A DNA stretch of 64,000 nucleotides, from positions 1,019,567 through 1,083,566 of the forward strand of contig MU053629.1 in assembly GCA_013239625.1 (NCBI GenBank). The letters run 5' to 3'. This DNA comes from Lama guanicoe. Taxonomy: Eukaryota. How positions within the stretch are numbered: position 1 is the first letter of the stretch; every line of letters starts with the position of its first letter. Below are positions 25,871 to 37,976 of the stretch, piece after piece. The position numbers and the translations under genes are program-made. The notes under the pieces were generated by a model, which was given only the letters and a program-made list of their open reading frames with translations, searched no databases and was not told the origin of the DNA.

Positions 25871-28800
25871 ACAACTCTGTTCGCTTTTAACTTAAATACA
25901 CCTATTGAAGTTCTAGCCTAGGAAAAGAACATAGAAAACACATGCCACTGATTTTTCAAATGACAGCCCCAGAGCTAACTGAGGATGGGGATTCATCTTC
26001 TCTTAGAGTTTACTTCTGCAGGATGAGTATCACAGGGTCCTACAAACGGTATTCACAGTTTCTCGTTTCTTCACATTTCTCTGACATGTTCCCATTTGCC
26101 CATATAGTTCTTAAAGCAGGCCCAATGGCTGAACACATGTCCAGCTCGGAATAACAGTGAACCACTAGTCATCTTGTTCTGACCATCGTATGTGTATCAA
26201 TACAGCCCAATATCACATAAGCTTTTCTGGCAATGCAATGGCATCACACCATTGATTTACATAAAATTATAGCTGACTCAAATCCTAAGTCTTTGGAGCT
26301 GTTGTTAAACCTCATATTCCTTATGGTATAATTCCATTTTAAGAACTCTTAAGTCCAGTGAATATGCTATAAACCATTGAAATGTCCCCTTTAAGTCAGT
26401 AGGTTGAATGATATGTGGATGGCATCTCAACAAAGCTATTAGGAAATATAAGTTCAGGAAGGAAAGACGGATGTATTTTATTAAACGCTGAATTTTGCAT
26501 TTTATCAAATACACAATTTTTCCAGACACAGTATCTCATATAACTCTTTCAACAGTAATTGTAAGTCCTACGGGCACTGAGAAAATGGTACAGGTGGAGG
26601 AACAAGGATTTGAACCCAGGTCTGCTCAGGGTGCCCGTGCTCATTCCCGCACAGCACAGCAGAGCACAGCACCTCCCTGACACCCTGCTGGGTGCTGGGC
26701 TTTGTGGTTGGGGCCCAGCTGAAGTCAGTGGGAGGAGGTCTTCCAGGCAGGCAGAGCTGTAGAGCCATGTGGATCTTCAGAGTAGTACAGGTAACCTGAC
26801 AGTGGAGAGAGATTCAGGGTTAGAAGGATCTAGAAGGTAGCGAAAGGTAGGTGTCCAATAAGTAGTGAGCATGTGGGGGTGGTGGAGTGGTGGGGAGATG
26901 GTGGAAAGAACAGTGTGAGGGACCCAGACTGGCAGTGGGGGTTGGACAGGACAAGGGGCAGGTAGCAAGCTCCCAGCTGGGCCTGCATTTCAGGTATGAT
27001 ACCTGGAGAAAATAGATGTAAGCAAGTTAGTGTCCTGATTTTGAAGAGACTAGGGTCCTGGTCAGGTTATGGAGGCGGGGAATCAAGGACTCGGGTCCTG
27101 CAACACGGAATCAGAACACAGACTCAGTGCCAGGCTGAAGGTGGAAGCCCAGAGGCCAGAACCAGGGCAGATCAGAGCAGAACAAGTCGCAGAATAACCT
27201 AACTGTGTCCCCTGAACTACAGAAACAGAGCTCCTTAAAGCCATCAGCTAGAGACACAATTTGCCCCTGAATCTGGGGCAGAACCAAAGCTTCGGATGAG
27301 TGCCAAGTGGCCCAGCAACAGGGACTGACAGCTCCTTAGAAAAGACCAGGGCCTATCCAGTTTGCTTTGCTTTGTTTTCTGCAACATGCATGACCAACGA
27401 CAGCTGCAGGTACACATTCCCCCATAGAGGCATTCAGGGCTAGACACAATTCTGGGTGTGCCATCTCTAATGCCACCTGTTTCCGACTACACAAGAAAGC
27501 GTTTCAGGAAGTGACTAAGGGAGAAATTTGTTTTGGAATAACTGTGAATCTGTTCTATTCAGTTTTATTATCAGCAAAAACGACTTGTGAGCATGGCTGG
27601 TTTTGGCAGGCCAGTGTGATGGGACCACCCAGGTGGGCATCCCCAGGGGACCCTGCCTGTGCAACCAGAATGCCTGGCGTGGCCTCTCTCGGTGCCAGCC
27701 CACTCACTTAGCCAAGGTTCCTTGGGTTTCACGTAACAGATACAGCTCAGGCTTGCCTGAGCTAAAAAGGATAGTATACGGGATGTGGGCCAGGGCAGGA
27801 AGGGCAGCTGGGCCTCAGGGGGTCAGAACGAAGCCCTGAAGAGGCCCCTGGGAGTGCAGACAGCTTTTCTCTTGCCATCTCCTGTTTTTTCCCAGGGGCG
27901 ACCTGATTTCTCATCTCTACTTCTCCCCGATGCTTTTAGTCATCTTTCTCTACATCCCAGTTTTTTTCTGCCTCCCAGAGCACGTAGTGAAAACAGCCAT
28001 ACCCCACCCCTCCCTTATATGGTGTCCTCAATCCAGGGCCAATAGTGACTGACCAGAAGGCCTGTGTCCCAATTCCAGACGCCCTGCGGAGAGAATCTGG
28101 CTGTCTCTGCTTGAGTCTGGAGTGTCTCCTCCAATCAACAGTGGGCCCTTGGTGTGGTAGTGACTCTTGGGGCCCATCCCCCTGGAAGGGGAGGTAAGGA
28201 AGCTCTTAGGAAAGGAGGCATAGGCTGAACGAAGACCTGTAAGGTGCCTGCTCCCTCCAGGCTGTCATCAAGACAGCCAGTGACTCTAAGTCCTCCCACT
28301 GCCTCACTGTAGCTCTGCCTTCTCCCTGAAACATTGAACATTACACCTAAACATAGTCTGTTAACTGAATAGGTCTTCCTCATAAACTTCAGCAAAATGG
28401 TGATGAATGTCTGCAAGAAAAACTTTTTTTTTCATGTGGAATAATCAAATCTAGGGACCACATGTTAAGGGGGGGGACACTATTATTTAAAAGGAAGACG
28501 TACCAAGCACATTGGAACTGAGCCTGTTTGCCAGGATCTACATTGCCTAACAATGTTTCTCACAACCAGCAAAATTACTGAGGCATATGTATAAGTGAGT
28601 AACTTGCAAAGTGCCTTTTTAAACAGTCCTCACATTATGTCTGAATGAAAATGATCTTACTCAGACTTCCCTAGGTATCCAAAGGATCAAATCTGAAATC
28701 AGGGACTAGAAGCAGAAAATCTGGAGGTTCTGGCTTTCATGGGTTGCTGCTTCTGATTTATAAGGTGTCATGAAGGGGACCGTGGGACAAGTTATTAAAT

Positions 28801-29084
28801 CTGAAGGCTACACTCTTAGACTCTAAGAACGACAAAGCCTCCTTCCCCTGCAGTTGCTGATGGCGCTCATGGTCGTGACAAGGATGCTCTCTCAGCACTT
28901 GTCCTGTGCCAGGCACTGTGCTAAGCACTTTACATTGATTATCTTATTTAATCTTTATAACTTCTCTATGGGTTAGGTAGTATTATTACCTCCTCTTACA
29001 GATAAGGAAACTAAGGCTCAGCACTGGTTAAGTTCCATTCCTAAGGTCCCATGAATGGCAATTTGTAGCACCCAGATGTAAGGC

Positions 29085-29905
29085 TAATCATTAAGAAGTC
29101 CACAAATGATAAATGCTGGAGAGGGTGTGGAGGAAAGGGAACCCTCATGTACTGTTGGTGGGAATGCAGTTTGGTGCAGCCACTATGGAAAACAGTATGG
29201 AGATTCCTTAAAGAACTAAAAATCAACTTACCATATGATCCAGCAATCCCACCCTGGGCATATATCCAGAGGGAATTCTAATTCAAAAAGATACATGCAG
29301 CCCAATGTTCACAGCAGCACTATTTACAATAGCCAAGACATGGAAGCAACCTAAAATGTCCATCAACAGATGACTGGATAAAGAAGTTGTGGTATGTATG
29401 TATGTATGTATGTATGTGTGTGTGTGTGTATGAATACTACTCAGCCATAACAAAGAATGAAATAATGCCATTTGCAGTAACATGGATGGACCTGGAGATT
29501 GTCATTCTAAGTGAAGTAAGCCAGAAAGAGAAAGGAAAATACTATATGCTATCACTCATATGTGGAATCTGAAAAAAGAAAAGAGAGGACACTAATTATC
29601 TCATCTACAAAACAGAAACAGACTCGCAGACATAGGTAAACAATCTCACGGTTACCAGGGGGAAAGGGGGTAGGAAGAGATAAATTGGGAGTTTGAGATT
29701 TGCAAATAAATATTAACCAGTATATATAAAATAGATTTTAAAATTTTCTTCTGTATAGCACAGGGTACTCTATTTAGTATCTTATAGTAACTATAATGAA
29801 AAAATATGAAAACAAATACATGTATGTATATGTATGACTGAAACATTATGCTGTAACCAGAAATCGATACATTGTAACTGACTACACTTCAATTAAAAAA
29901 AAAAA
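29085..29905 (+). mobile_element. L1 3' end with poly-A, adjacent to a MIR (~28880-29050)
   Basis: ORF2 C-terminus (EYYSAITKNEIMPFAVTWMDLE), 3'UTR, cttcaatt + A11; internal (TATG)n/(TG)n. Confidence 0.9.
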
Positions 29906-32900
29906 ACTAGCTATAAGATCTCCAGTGTAGACTAAGTTCAGGTGGGAACTAAGAATACTGAAGAAATAGCACAACCATTTGAATTAATTTCATTCTTTGA
30001 AAATGCGCAATTCAATAAAAACGAAACAAAACACAAAATAAAAAAAAGATATAAGGCTAAATAAATCTGGCTAAAGCTGAAGATCTTTGATCTCAACCAA
30101 TATAAAATACTTAGATCTTCCAAAAAGAAATTTTTTTAAAACATTGAAAATGAAGCTCCCTAACAGAGAGTGGGAGTTCATAACTTTTTTTTTTAATCCC
30201 ACGTGGAGTTTATGTTTGCAATGCATATGAGCAAGTATTTTTGTGTATCTCCTATAAGGGAGGCACTGATGTCGAGGGCAATGTTAAAATGATTAAGACC
30301 CCCTTATGGTATCAAGGAGCACAAGATCATCAAATATTAAGCAAGAGGTTGTACAAGATAGTTATACAGCATCCTAGTAACGTCCTAGCTCTAGGAGATG
30401 AAGGGAAGAAGCAAGCGTGTCTGCTAAGTATACGAACGTTATGATTTGCTGCATGTGAATGTTGTTATCTGAATCGTGTGAAAGAGAAATCCCGTGTTAG
30501 CCAGAGTAATCAGCAATTCCCAGGTGTGATTCTCAGCAGGCCCAGGATGACGTCTAAATCACGTGCCTGTGTCTTTCAGTGAACTGTGGGATGTGCCCCC
30601 TATAAATAGGACTGAAGGGAGGAATGGATCCTAGGCAGGCTTGATGCCTGTTGCCTGTTCTCAGTAAACCCTGTCCCTGAAGGAAACACCTCTACGGTGA
30701 GCTGTCAGCCAGCAAACCGAGGCAGGGAGAAACGCAGGGGAGATCTTTGGAAAAGGTTTTCGCCTCAGTGTGACACTTCAGGTCTCAGGGATCTTTTCAG
30801 AACAGTCCCGGGAATAAATGGGTAAACTTGTTCTTTGTACTTGGATTGCAGAGAACAGTCCATCATCTGGCACCGGCTGGACCCAGTGGATCTTGGGGCT
30901 GCCTGCCATCCAGAAACCTGAACCGTGCACTGATTGCTTGGTCTGCGCTCCACTCCATTTACGGAACCCTGCTTTCTGTTCAGGTAATGCGAGCTTTTCT
31001 GCACCTGAAGTTTGCAGCCATCTGTGATCAGGTCTTAGAGGCTTACTTGTGACAGTGGAAAGCGGGGTGCGCACGGGACTTTGGATAAAAAGCTCTAATG
31101 CTCCTTTTCATTTATATACAACTTTCTATTACAAAGCCCATCACACTCGCTGCCCTCTGAGGTAGGGCTGGGTCAGTCTGCTCATTTTACAGCTGACAAA
31201 ACAGATAACAAGGCTTAGGGGTTTGCTGGAGTGAAGTGGTGTTCGACCAAGGAAGTCTGGCCCAATTCACTTTCTAGCTCATTCTTTTTTGCCTGGAAGA
31301 GGCCTTCGAAGTGTCCAGCTCTTAACTGCAAGCCGCTTAAGGAAGTCAAGTGGGAAGAGTTTCTTGGCAGGGAGGCAGCAGGCGTCATGACCAGAGCACA
31401 GTGTGGGGCTGGAATTATTTGAAAATAGCCAAGTAATATTTTTCTGGTTCACAGTGGATGTCAAACACACACACACATCCAGTTTCTCCTGCGAGGTCAG
31501 AGAGCAGGCCAGGACACGGTGGCCGCTGTAGCAATGCTGCCTTTGACCTGGTGGAGAGCAGCCAACCCACTATTCACACTTTAATCCTTGGTTAGCAGAT
31601 CCTTTATATAAAAATTGTAAATGAACTCAGAAGTCGAACCTATTCCAAGAGCAGGCCTAGTGCCATCTTTGTGGGGCCTGAGGTAAGAGTAAAAATGGAG
31701 GTCTACATGTCATGTGTCTAAATATATAAAAATTATAGCTGAAGCTAACCGCTTCGCCTTGACAAGTTAGCCTTTCCTACCTCAATAGATACGTATTTAT
31801 AATGACCTCCAAAATCAGATTTTATTTACAATTTCTGGCTCCTCAGAGTTCCACACCAAATGTGGTGGTTCAGGGCCAGCAGTCCTAGCCTGGACCCACG
31901 CCCTTCTTTCCGCTCTCCAGGTCTGACCCACATCAGAAAGGGCCTCGACACACACGATGAGGATCCCGCCTCACACATGTTCGAACTGCCGCCACATCCC
32001 CACCCCCTCAAGGCCACTCCTTGGGCCTGCGATGCCACACCAATGGCACAGTCTACCTTGGAAGGATAGATCAGGAAAAGAGGTTCACACCAGTCCTGGA
32101 AGGAGGGCCTTTGGCAGGGAATTCTGGCGTCTGGGTGCCTAGAGTGTGGCCTGAATGCGGGGCAAGGCTCTGAGTGAATGAATCCATTTGGTCTGGGGAT
32201 TTCTTGCCCAGTGGGGAGGATTGACCAGAAAAAAGCAAGGGTAGGGCTGTGTAAAGAGTGGGCTCCAGGGAGGGGCCTCTTGCCAAGACCTAAGAGCAAA
32301 TGATATCTGGCCAAATCATAAATAAGCCAGAAGCGTGAGCTAATATTGGAGTCCGCACAAATGTGGATACCACAATTAATTTCACCTCAGCCATAAGACA
32401 TAGAGGCACAGGCTATTTCAAGTGTTTTATCTGCTGCCTCCCACAAGTAACTTGATTACTCTGGGCACTGGGCATGGTCTCCAGTAGGTATAAGGGCCAG
32501 GAACCAAATGAACGATCTCCTAATTAAATATTTTACCAGAGAGGCTGAGCTCCATAAAAAAAAATTGATGCCAAAGCTCTAGATGGGTGACCCTAGGGTG
32601 GGCGCCCCTGCTGTTGCCTCCCCGAAATGGGCCAAGTGGGAGGAAGAAGAGGAGCCTGATGGCGCGGGCTCTGGGCGTGGGCTGCTTTGCTCTTTGCAGA
32701 GGAGTCCTTGGGTCAACCGAGGCTGGGAGGAGCTGTGGGGCAAAACAGACTCCTCTGTCCATATCACTTCCCTCAGAATCAGAGTCATGATCCCAGTCCT
32801 GGCTTGAGATACAAAGAAGTTAACACTAGGAGCTTCCTTATTAACTCATATCACAACTTTGTTTAAATTCGTGATTTAGAACATTTAATTTTAAGGGAAC

Positions 32901-33983
32901 TATGTCCACGTATAAAATGTGGTTGCATCATCAAATTCTCAAGGCAAAAGATGTAAATAAGGAAATGTGTACGATGTATATTTTGATGCTAATCTGTGGT
33001 TGTTGAGTATGTCAGTGTTAATAGCATTGAATTCTGGATTCTTGACACAAAGGCTTTAGTCCAGCTTCTCTGACAGCTTTGTTCCAAATATATGAAGGAC
33101 ACATTTCCTTAATGATCTTTGGATGTCGGTTATATAAACTAATTCATTAAACATTTTTTTGTTTGTTTTTAAAATGGAGATAAAAATATGACCCAAATCA
33201 GAATGAATGAGTCATTTCACAGCATCAGATACTGGTCATCTCTGTGGTGTGGACAGACAGGGCTTCCTCCTACCCTCATAGCCCTCTCCCACACGGGTCC
33301 ACTATCTGTTCAGACAGACCAGCTCTGCAGAGCCAGGGGCAATTTGTGTGCCTATACTGACCCCATTTCTGATTGTCACTTGATAACCTAGCCCCTCTAT
33401 TTTTGTGTTGCTGCCCACACAAATTTCCAGCATCCGGAAAGTGTGCCCTCAGCCTCCCCTACAGTTCAAGTTCCCCTATTATCGTGATTCATCCACCTCA
33501 CCCATCATCCAGTTCAGGTGAATTGTATGTCCAAAGAAGGTGACTTAGTGCTGACAGTAAGACCAAGCTGGGGCAGTCCTGTCCTGTCATCTGGTGAGAA
33601 GCATGACTCTCAGACAATGCTGGTGGCTACTGGTAAACCCTGATGTCACTGATACCAAGTAACCTTTCATTTATCCAGGATAGTAAGGGAACAGGGAGTC
33701 CTAATAGGCTAGATCATCTTAACTCTAACTACTGGTTTTGAAGGAAAAATAAACTAATTTGGAAAGAACTATAAATAACACAGCAGCACATTACCGGCAG
33801 ATGATAATTTTACCTGGCATTGTAATTATTTATGTGTGTGCCCCACCTCTCCTGCAAGGCCACCGGCTTCTTAAAGGATGGTCTGTATCAGTTTCATCTT
33901 TGTTTCCCTTATAGTACTTAGAGAGTTGTTTTATATATTGTAGGTGCTAAAAAAAGTTTTTATTAAATAAATGAAAATAAATG

Positions 33984-34385
33984 TAGTTGACCCTTGAACA
34001 ACACAGGGTTCTGAGTTGCCTACCCAACGTAGTCAAAAATCTGCATATACTTTTGACTCCCCCCAAATTTAACTACTAATAGTAGTTGACTAGAAGCCTG
34101 CTGTTGACTGGAAGGAAGCCTTACTGATGGCATAAACTGTCCATTAACGTGTATTTGATGTATTACATGTAGTATATACTGTATTCTTACAATAATGTAA
34201 GCTAGAGAAAAGAAAATGTTATTAAGAGTATCGTAAGGAAAGAAAAATACATTTATAGAACTATGCTGTATTTATCAATGCTGTAAGTTTATGTCATCTG
34301 TTTATAGGATGAGTTTCCTTCAGTGCCTGTATCAATAGTGTCTTCTATGATACAAAACACTGTAGATATTAGACATGTTACCAAC
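33984..34385. mobile_element. Tigger2-like DNA transposon end
   Basis: TIR agttgacccttgaacaacac..cttttgactcccc..cttacaataatgtaagctagagaaaagaaaatgttattaag; cut off by an LTR at 34388. Confidence 0.8.
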
Positions 34386-34387
34386 AC

Positions 34388-34977
34388 TGTTACCTGAAAA
34401 CTGGGTTTGCCTTTTGGTGGGGGTCAAGCCAAAAGACACAATCAAGCCAAAGAGCAGGAGAAGGAAGGGTATATTACTTGCAGCCGAGAAAAGTGAACAC
34501 CGGGATCTTTCCCAAAGACGTGTCTCCCCAAACAGCAAAACTGGGGAAGTTTTAAACTAAGGTACATGCATATTCATGAAGGGATGAAGGGGCTTGAACA
34601 GAGGAGAATTTAGCATCAGACTGGGCAAAGGTCAACAGAGTCCCAGCTTTTGGTGATTGAAGTCACAAGATCAGAAAAGGTCAGCATCACCACCCCTCAG
34701 GTTCCAGGTGATCTGGTGGTTGAGTGCTCCTTTACCACTGAAACAGAACTGAGAGTCTTTTAAACTCTTTGCTATTGTTACTTCTCTTGTCTGATAACAG
34801 TCATTTGTTCCATTCTTTTGTTTCCTGAAGATTGTTAATTACTGAGACCTGTTCAAGGACAAGTACTATGGCCAGAATTAGATCGCAAAATGGCTTAGGC
34901 TAAAAATGGCTTCTCTTTGTCAAGAAAGTCATGCCTGGTTCTCTTTCTTCAGGGACCCTCTACCCTATCTGCTTACA
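34388..34977 (-). mobile_element. ERV1-class 3' LTR (590 bp)
   Basis: Minus strand TGTAAGCAGATAGGGTA...CAGGTAACA, preceded by a polypurine tract aagggggaa; same family as 42488-43046. Confidence 0.88.
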
Positions 34978-36240
34978 AAAATTCCCCCTTGAAGTATTTC
35001 ACTCCTCAGTCTAGAGGGTTATAGGGCCTAAGGTCAGTCTTCTGTAATTGCTTCCTACTGAGAATGGGTGTTGTAGTCTGCCTAGTTAGAGTGAAACTCT
35101 TGCTGCTAGAGCTAGATACATTTTGGGGTCCACGAAAGTAGTGTGTGAACCTCACTTGAATAGCATTATTCTAGTAGGTCTAGGAGAGTCACAGAGAGAG
35201 AGAAAATAAACAGTGATTTTGCAATATTGTTAGCAGAGACTTGAGCCAAGAGCCTCCTAACCCGAACCATTTTTCTATTATTTCCCCTAAACTGGGAAGA
35301 GCATCATTTGAAGAGGAGATTTGATTTTTCATGTGTATCAGAAGGTGAGTCACAATTGAAGACTCATCTACAGATTTGGGTGAATTGCTCCCTTTTCAAG
35401 GTCCTCAAAATACCTTAAGCTTCCTGTACCTGTTCAGAGGTGGCCTTCCTTATTTACCTGATAAAGCTGAAGGGAACTTAAGAGTTTCTAATTTTTGGAG
35501 AGATCAGGTAGAAAGAAAAGACAAGTGTTTCAATTCTGCTTACAAAGGTATAATTTACTAAATTGTTGTAAGTCATAATTAACTTGAGGGGAATAGTGTC
35601 CTTATAGCTGGAAAACACAGATTAAAACCAGTAGAATTTGAGATTAAAAAAACCATAAAAAATATAGCCATATTCATCAGTTCACTCAGTAACTAATCCT
35701 TTTTGTTAATGATTTTGTGAAGCCACCCGGTTTTCCATTAGGATTCTTTAATTTCTTATCCAGTTCAGTAGTATGATCTGAAATTTATCAAAGACTCATA
35801 TTGTCAGAAAATCCTTCCCAGGAATCTTCTTGAAGATGAAGCACTTTTGCAAAAGCATCAAAGTACAACAAGAAGTGTCTATAAATGGCAAAAAGACATA
35901 AAAGGCATGGTTAAACAAGTGATCACGATGTCATCGACAAAGAAACTTGGTTATTGCTGTGACACACAACATTTTAAGATAATAACTAGAATTATGACAA
36001 ATAACATTATATACTAGGACATATCCAAATTTTAGAAATTTTATGTAATTTCTAGAATGTCTATATTAATAACAATTACCCATACAATATAATCTGAAAA
36101 GACTTGTCACTCATTTGGCAATGCTTCCCATGTAATTTAAGGTTATCAAATAATCCTAGTTAATTTAATCTCTCTCTCTGAGATGCCTCCAGAAGCATTA
36201 CAAAGTTAGCCGGAGGTCAGAAGAACTTCAGTTAGGATTC
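34978..36240 (-). mobile_element. Truncated ERV internal region with env TM remnant
   Basis: Contiguous with PPT and LTR; 35374-35189 translates SVDESSIVTHLLIHMKNQISSSNDALPSLGEIIEKWFGLGGSWLKSLLTIL..*. Confidence 0.65.
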
Positions 36241-37347
36241 AGTCCTTTTACTAGCTAAAAGGACACCATATCACAGTACAGTTGCTTATGAAAATAGATT
36301 ATAAATAAGGAGTGTTAACTAGCTTCTGTTTATAACCCTTAATCAGGTCAAGGAATTTGAAATTTTTGAACAGGTAGGATATCATTAGTACCATTAATGT
36401 ATTAATACTATTATTTTATTGAAGTCCAAACATCAGATTATAATTTACTAGTTACTACAAATACATTTATCATTTTGTACCTAATATATGCCAAGTGTTA
36501 GCATTAGGGGTACAATGTGCATATAATTCATGTTCTCAAGAAATTTAAATAATTCATCTTTAAAAATGTATTTTGGGGAATATCATTTTCCAGAACTTTA
36601 GATGTCACTGTAGGGAGTTAGCCAGTGTGTGATGTGACTGTATCAGATATCCTATAACTAACTCAACATACAAAATAATAGAAAAGAAAGAACATGAATG
36701 TTAGTTTAATTACTTCACATTAACCTTTTTTTCTGAAAAAAACACAGCATCCAGAATGTTCATTTAAAGATCTAGTATTTTGCACTTTCAGAATTCTGGG
36801 TTAATTTGCATCTGCACATAAGGTGATTTTCATTTCAGTTTAGTACAGTGTCTGCCAGTCGTCCAGGACTTGGGGATAAAGCTGCTACCCTAAGTGGGGA
36901 GGGAATAGCCATTGCAGGCCCCCATCCCCTTGGCTGATCTTTCTGTGGGTATGATGGTGACAGAGGCAGCAAGAGGGAGCCCTACCCTGGGAGTCAGAAG
37001 AAACTCAGGAGGCAGGGACAGGTGTTCTCAGCCCAGTCTGTCAGGACCTCTGGTAATAGATGCTGCCGCCCTTCTGGTCGGTTTCCTGTAAACATGCTGA
37101 TTTTCATCAGGACAGTAGACTTTACGGTTTAGATACTCACATCTAAAACTAAGGGGTTAGATTAAATCAGGGTTTCCCAAGATGTATTCTGGAAAACACA
37201 GGTCCCATAAGATGCTCCATCAGGAAGGGGCCTGGGGCAGAAGTGTGGGGTGGAGAAAGATGTACACCAAACCCACTGCTGGAGAGACAGAAGGCACATC
37301 AGCCTATGAAAAGTTCTGAGAAGCTGTACCTTCAAAACACTATGATA

Positions 37348-37712
37348 GTAAGTCAGACAGAGAAAGACAAATAGCATATGATATCTTGAAAATGTGGAAT
37401 CTAAGAAGATTATAGAAATGCACTTATTTACAAAACAGATATAGACTCACAGACCTAGAAAACCAACTTATGGTTACCAAAGGGAAAGAGGAGGGATAAA
37501 TTAAGAGTTTGAGATTAACATATACACACTATACATATACGACTACTGAAACAGATAAACAAGTTCCTGCTATGTAGCACAGGGATCTATATTTAATATC
37601 TTGTAATAACCTATAATGGAAAAGAATGTGTATGTGTATATATATATGAATCACTTTGCTGTACACTTGAAACTAACACAACATTGTAAATCAACTATAC
37701 TTCAATTAAAAA
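37348..37712 (+). mobile_element. Short L1 3' end with poly-A
   Basis: taagtcagacagagaaagacaaata..caactatacttcaattaaaaaaaa; TSD-like tatgatag on both sides. Confidence 0.85.
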
Positions 37713-37976
37713 AAATTATGATAGCAGCATTTCTCAAAAGCGTTTAACCGTGAAACCCTTTCTTCTGGTTTCACCTACTAACATTTACTGATTTGCTTAG
37801 TGTTCTGAGGTATGAACTTTGGAAACATTAGGATAAATGATCTCTTGTATTCACTAGTTTTTTAGCATCTTAAAGCAGAAAATAGTCTTAAAATGAGAAG
37901 TCTGTGGCTTTCTGCACAGTCACTGCTCCAGGAGGCACGACAGTGGACTGCGGCTGAGGATGCTCCAACCCGCACG

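Noticed and set aside
31826..32314. 162-aa minus-strand ORF
   Set aside because: Non-ATG start, no recognisable domain, and no supporting splice structure.
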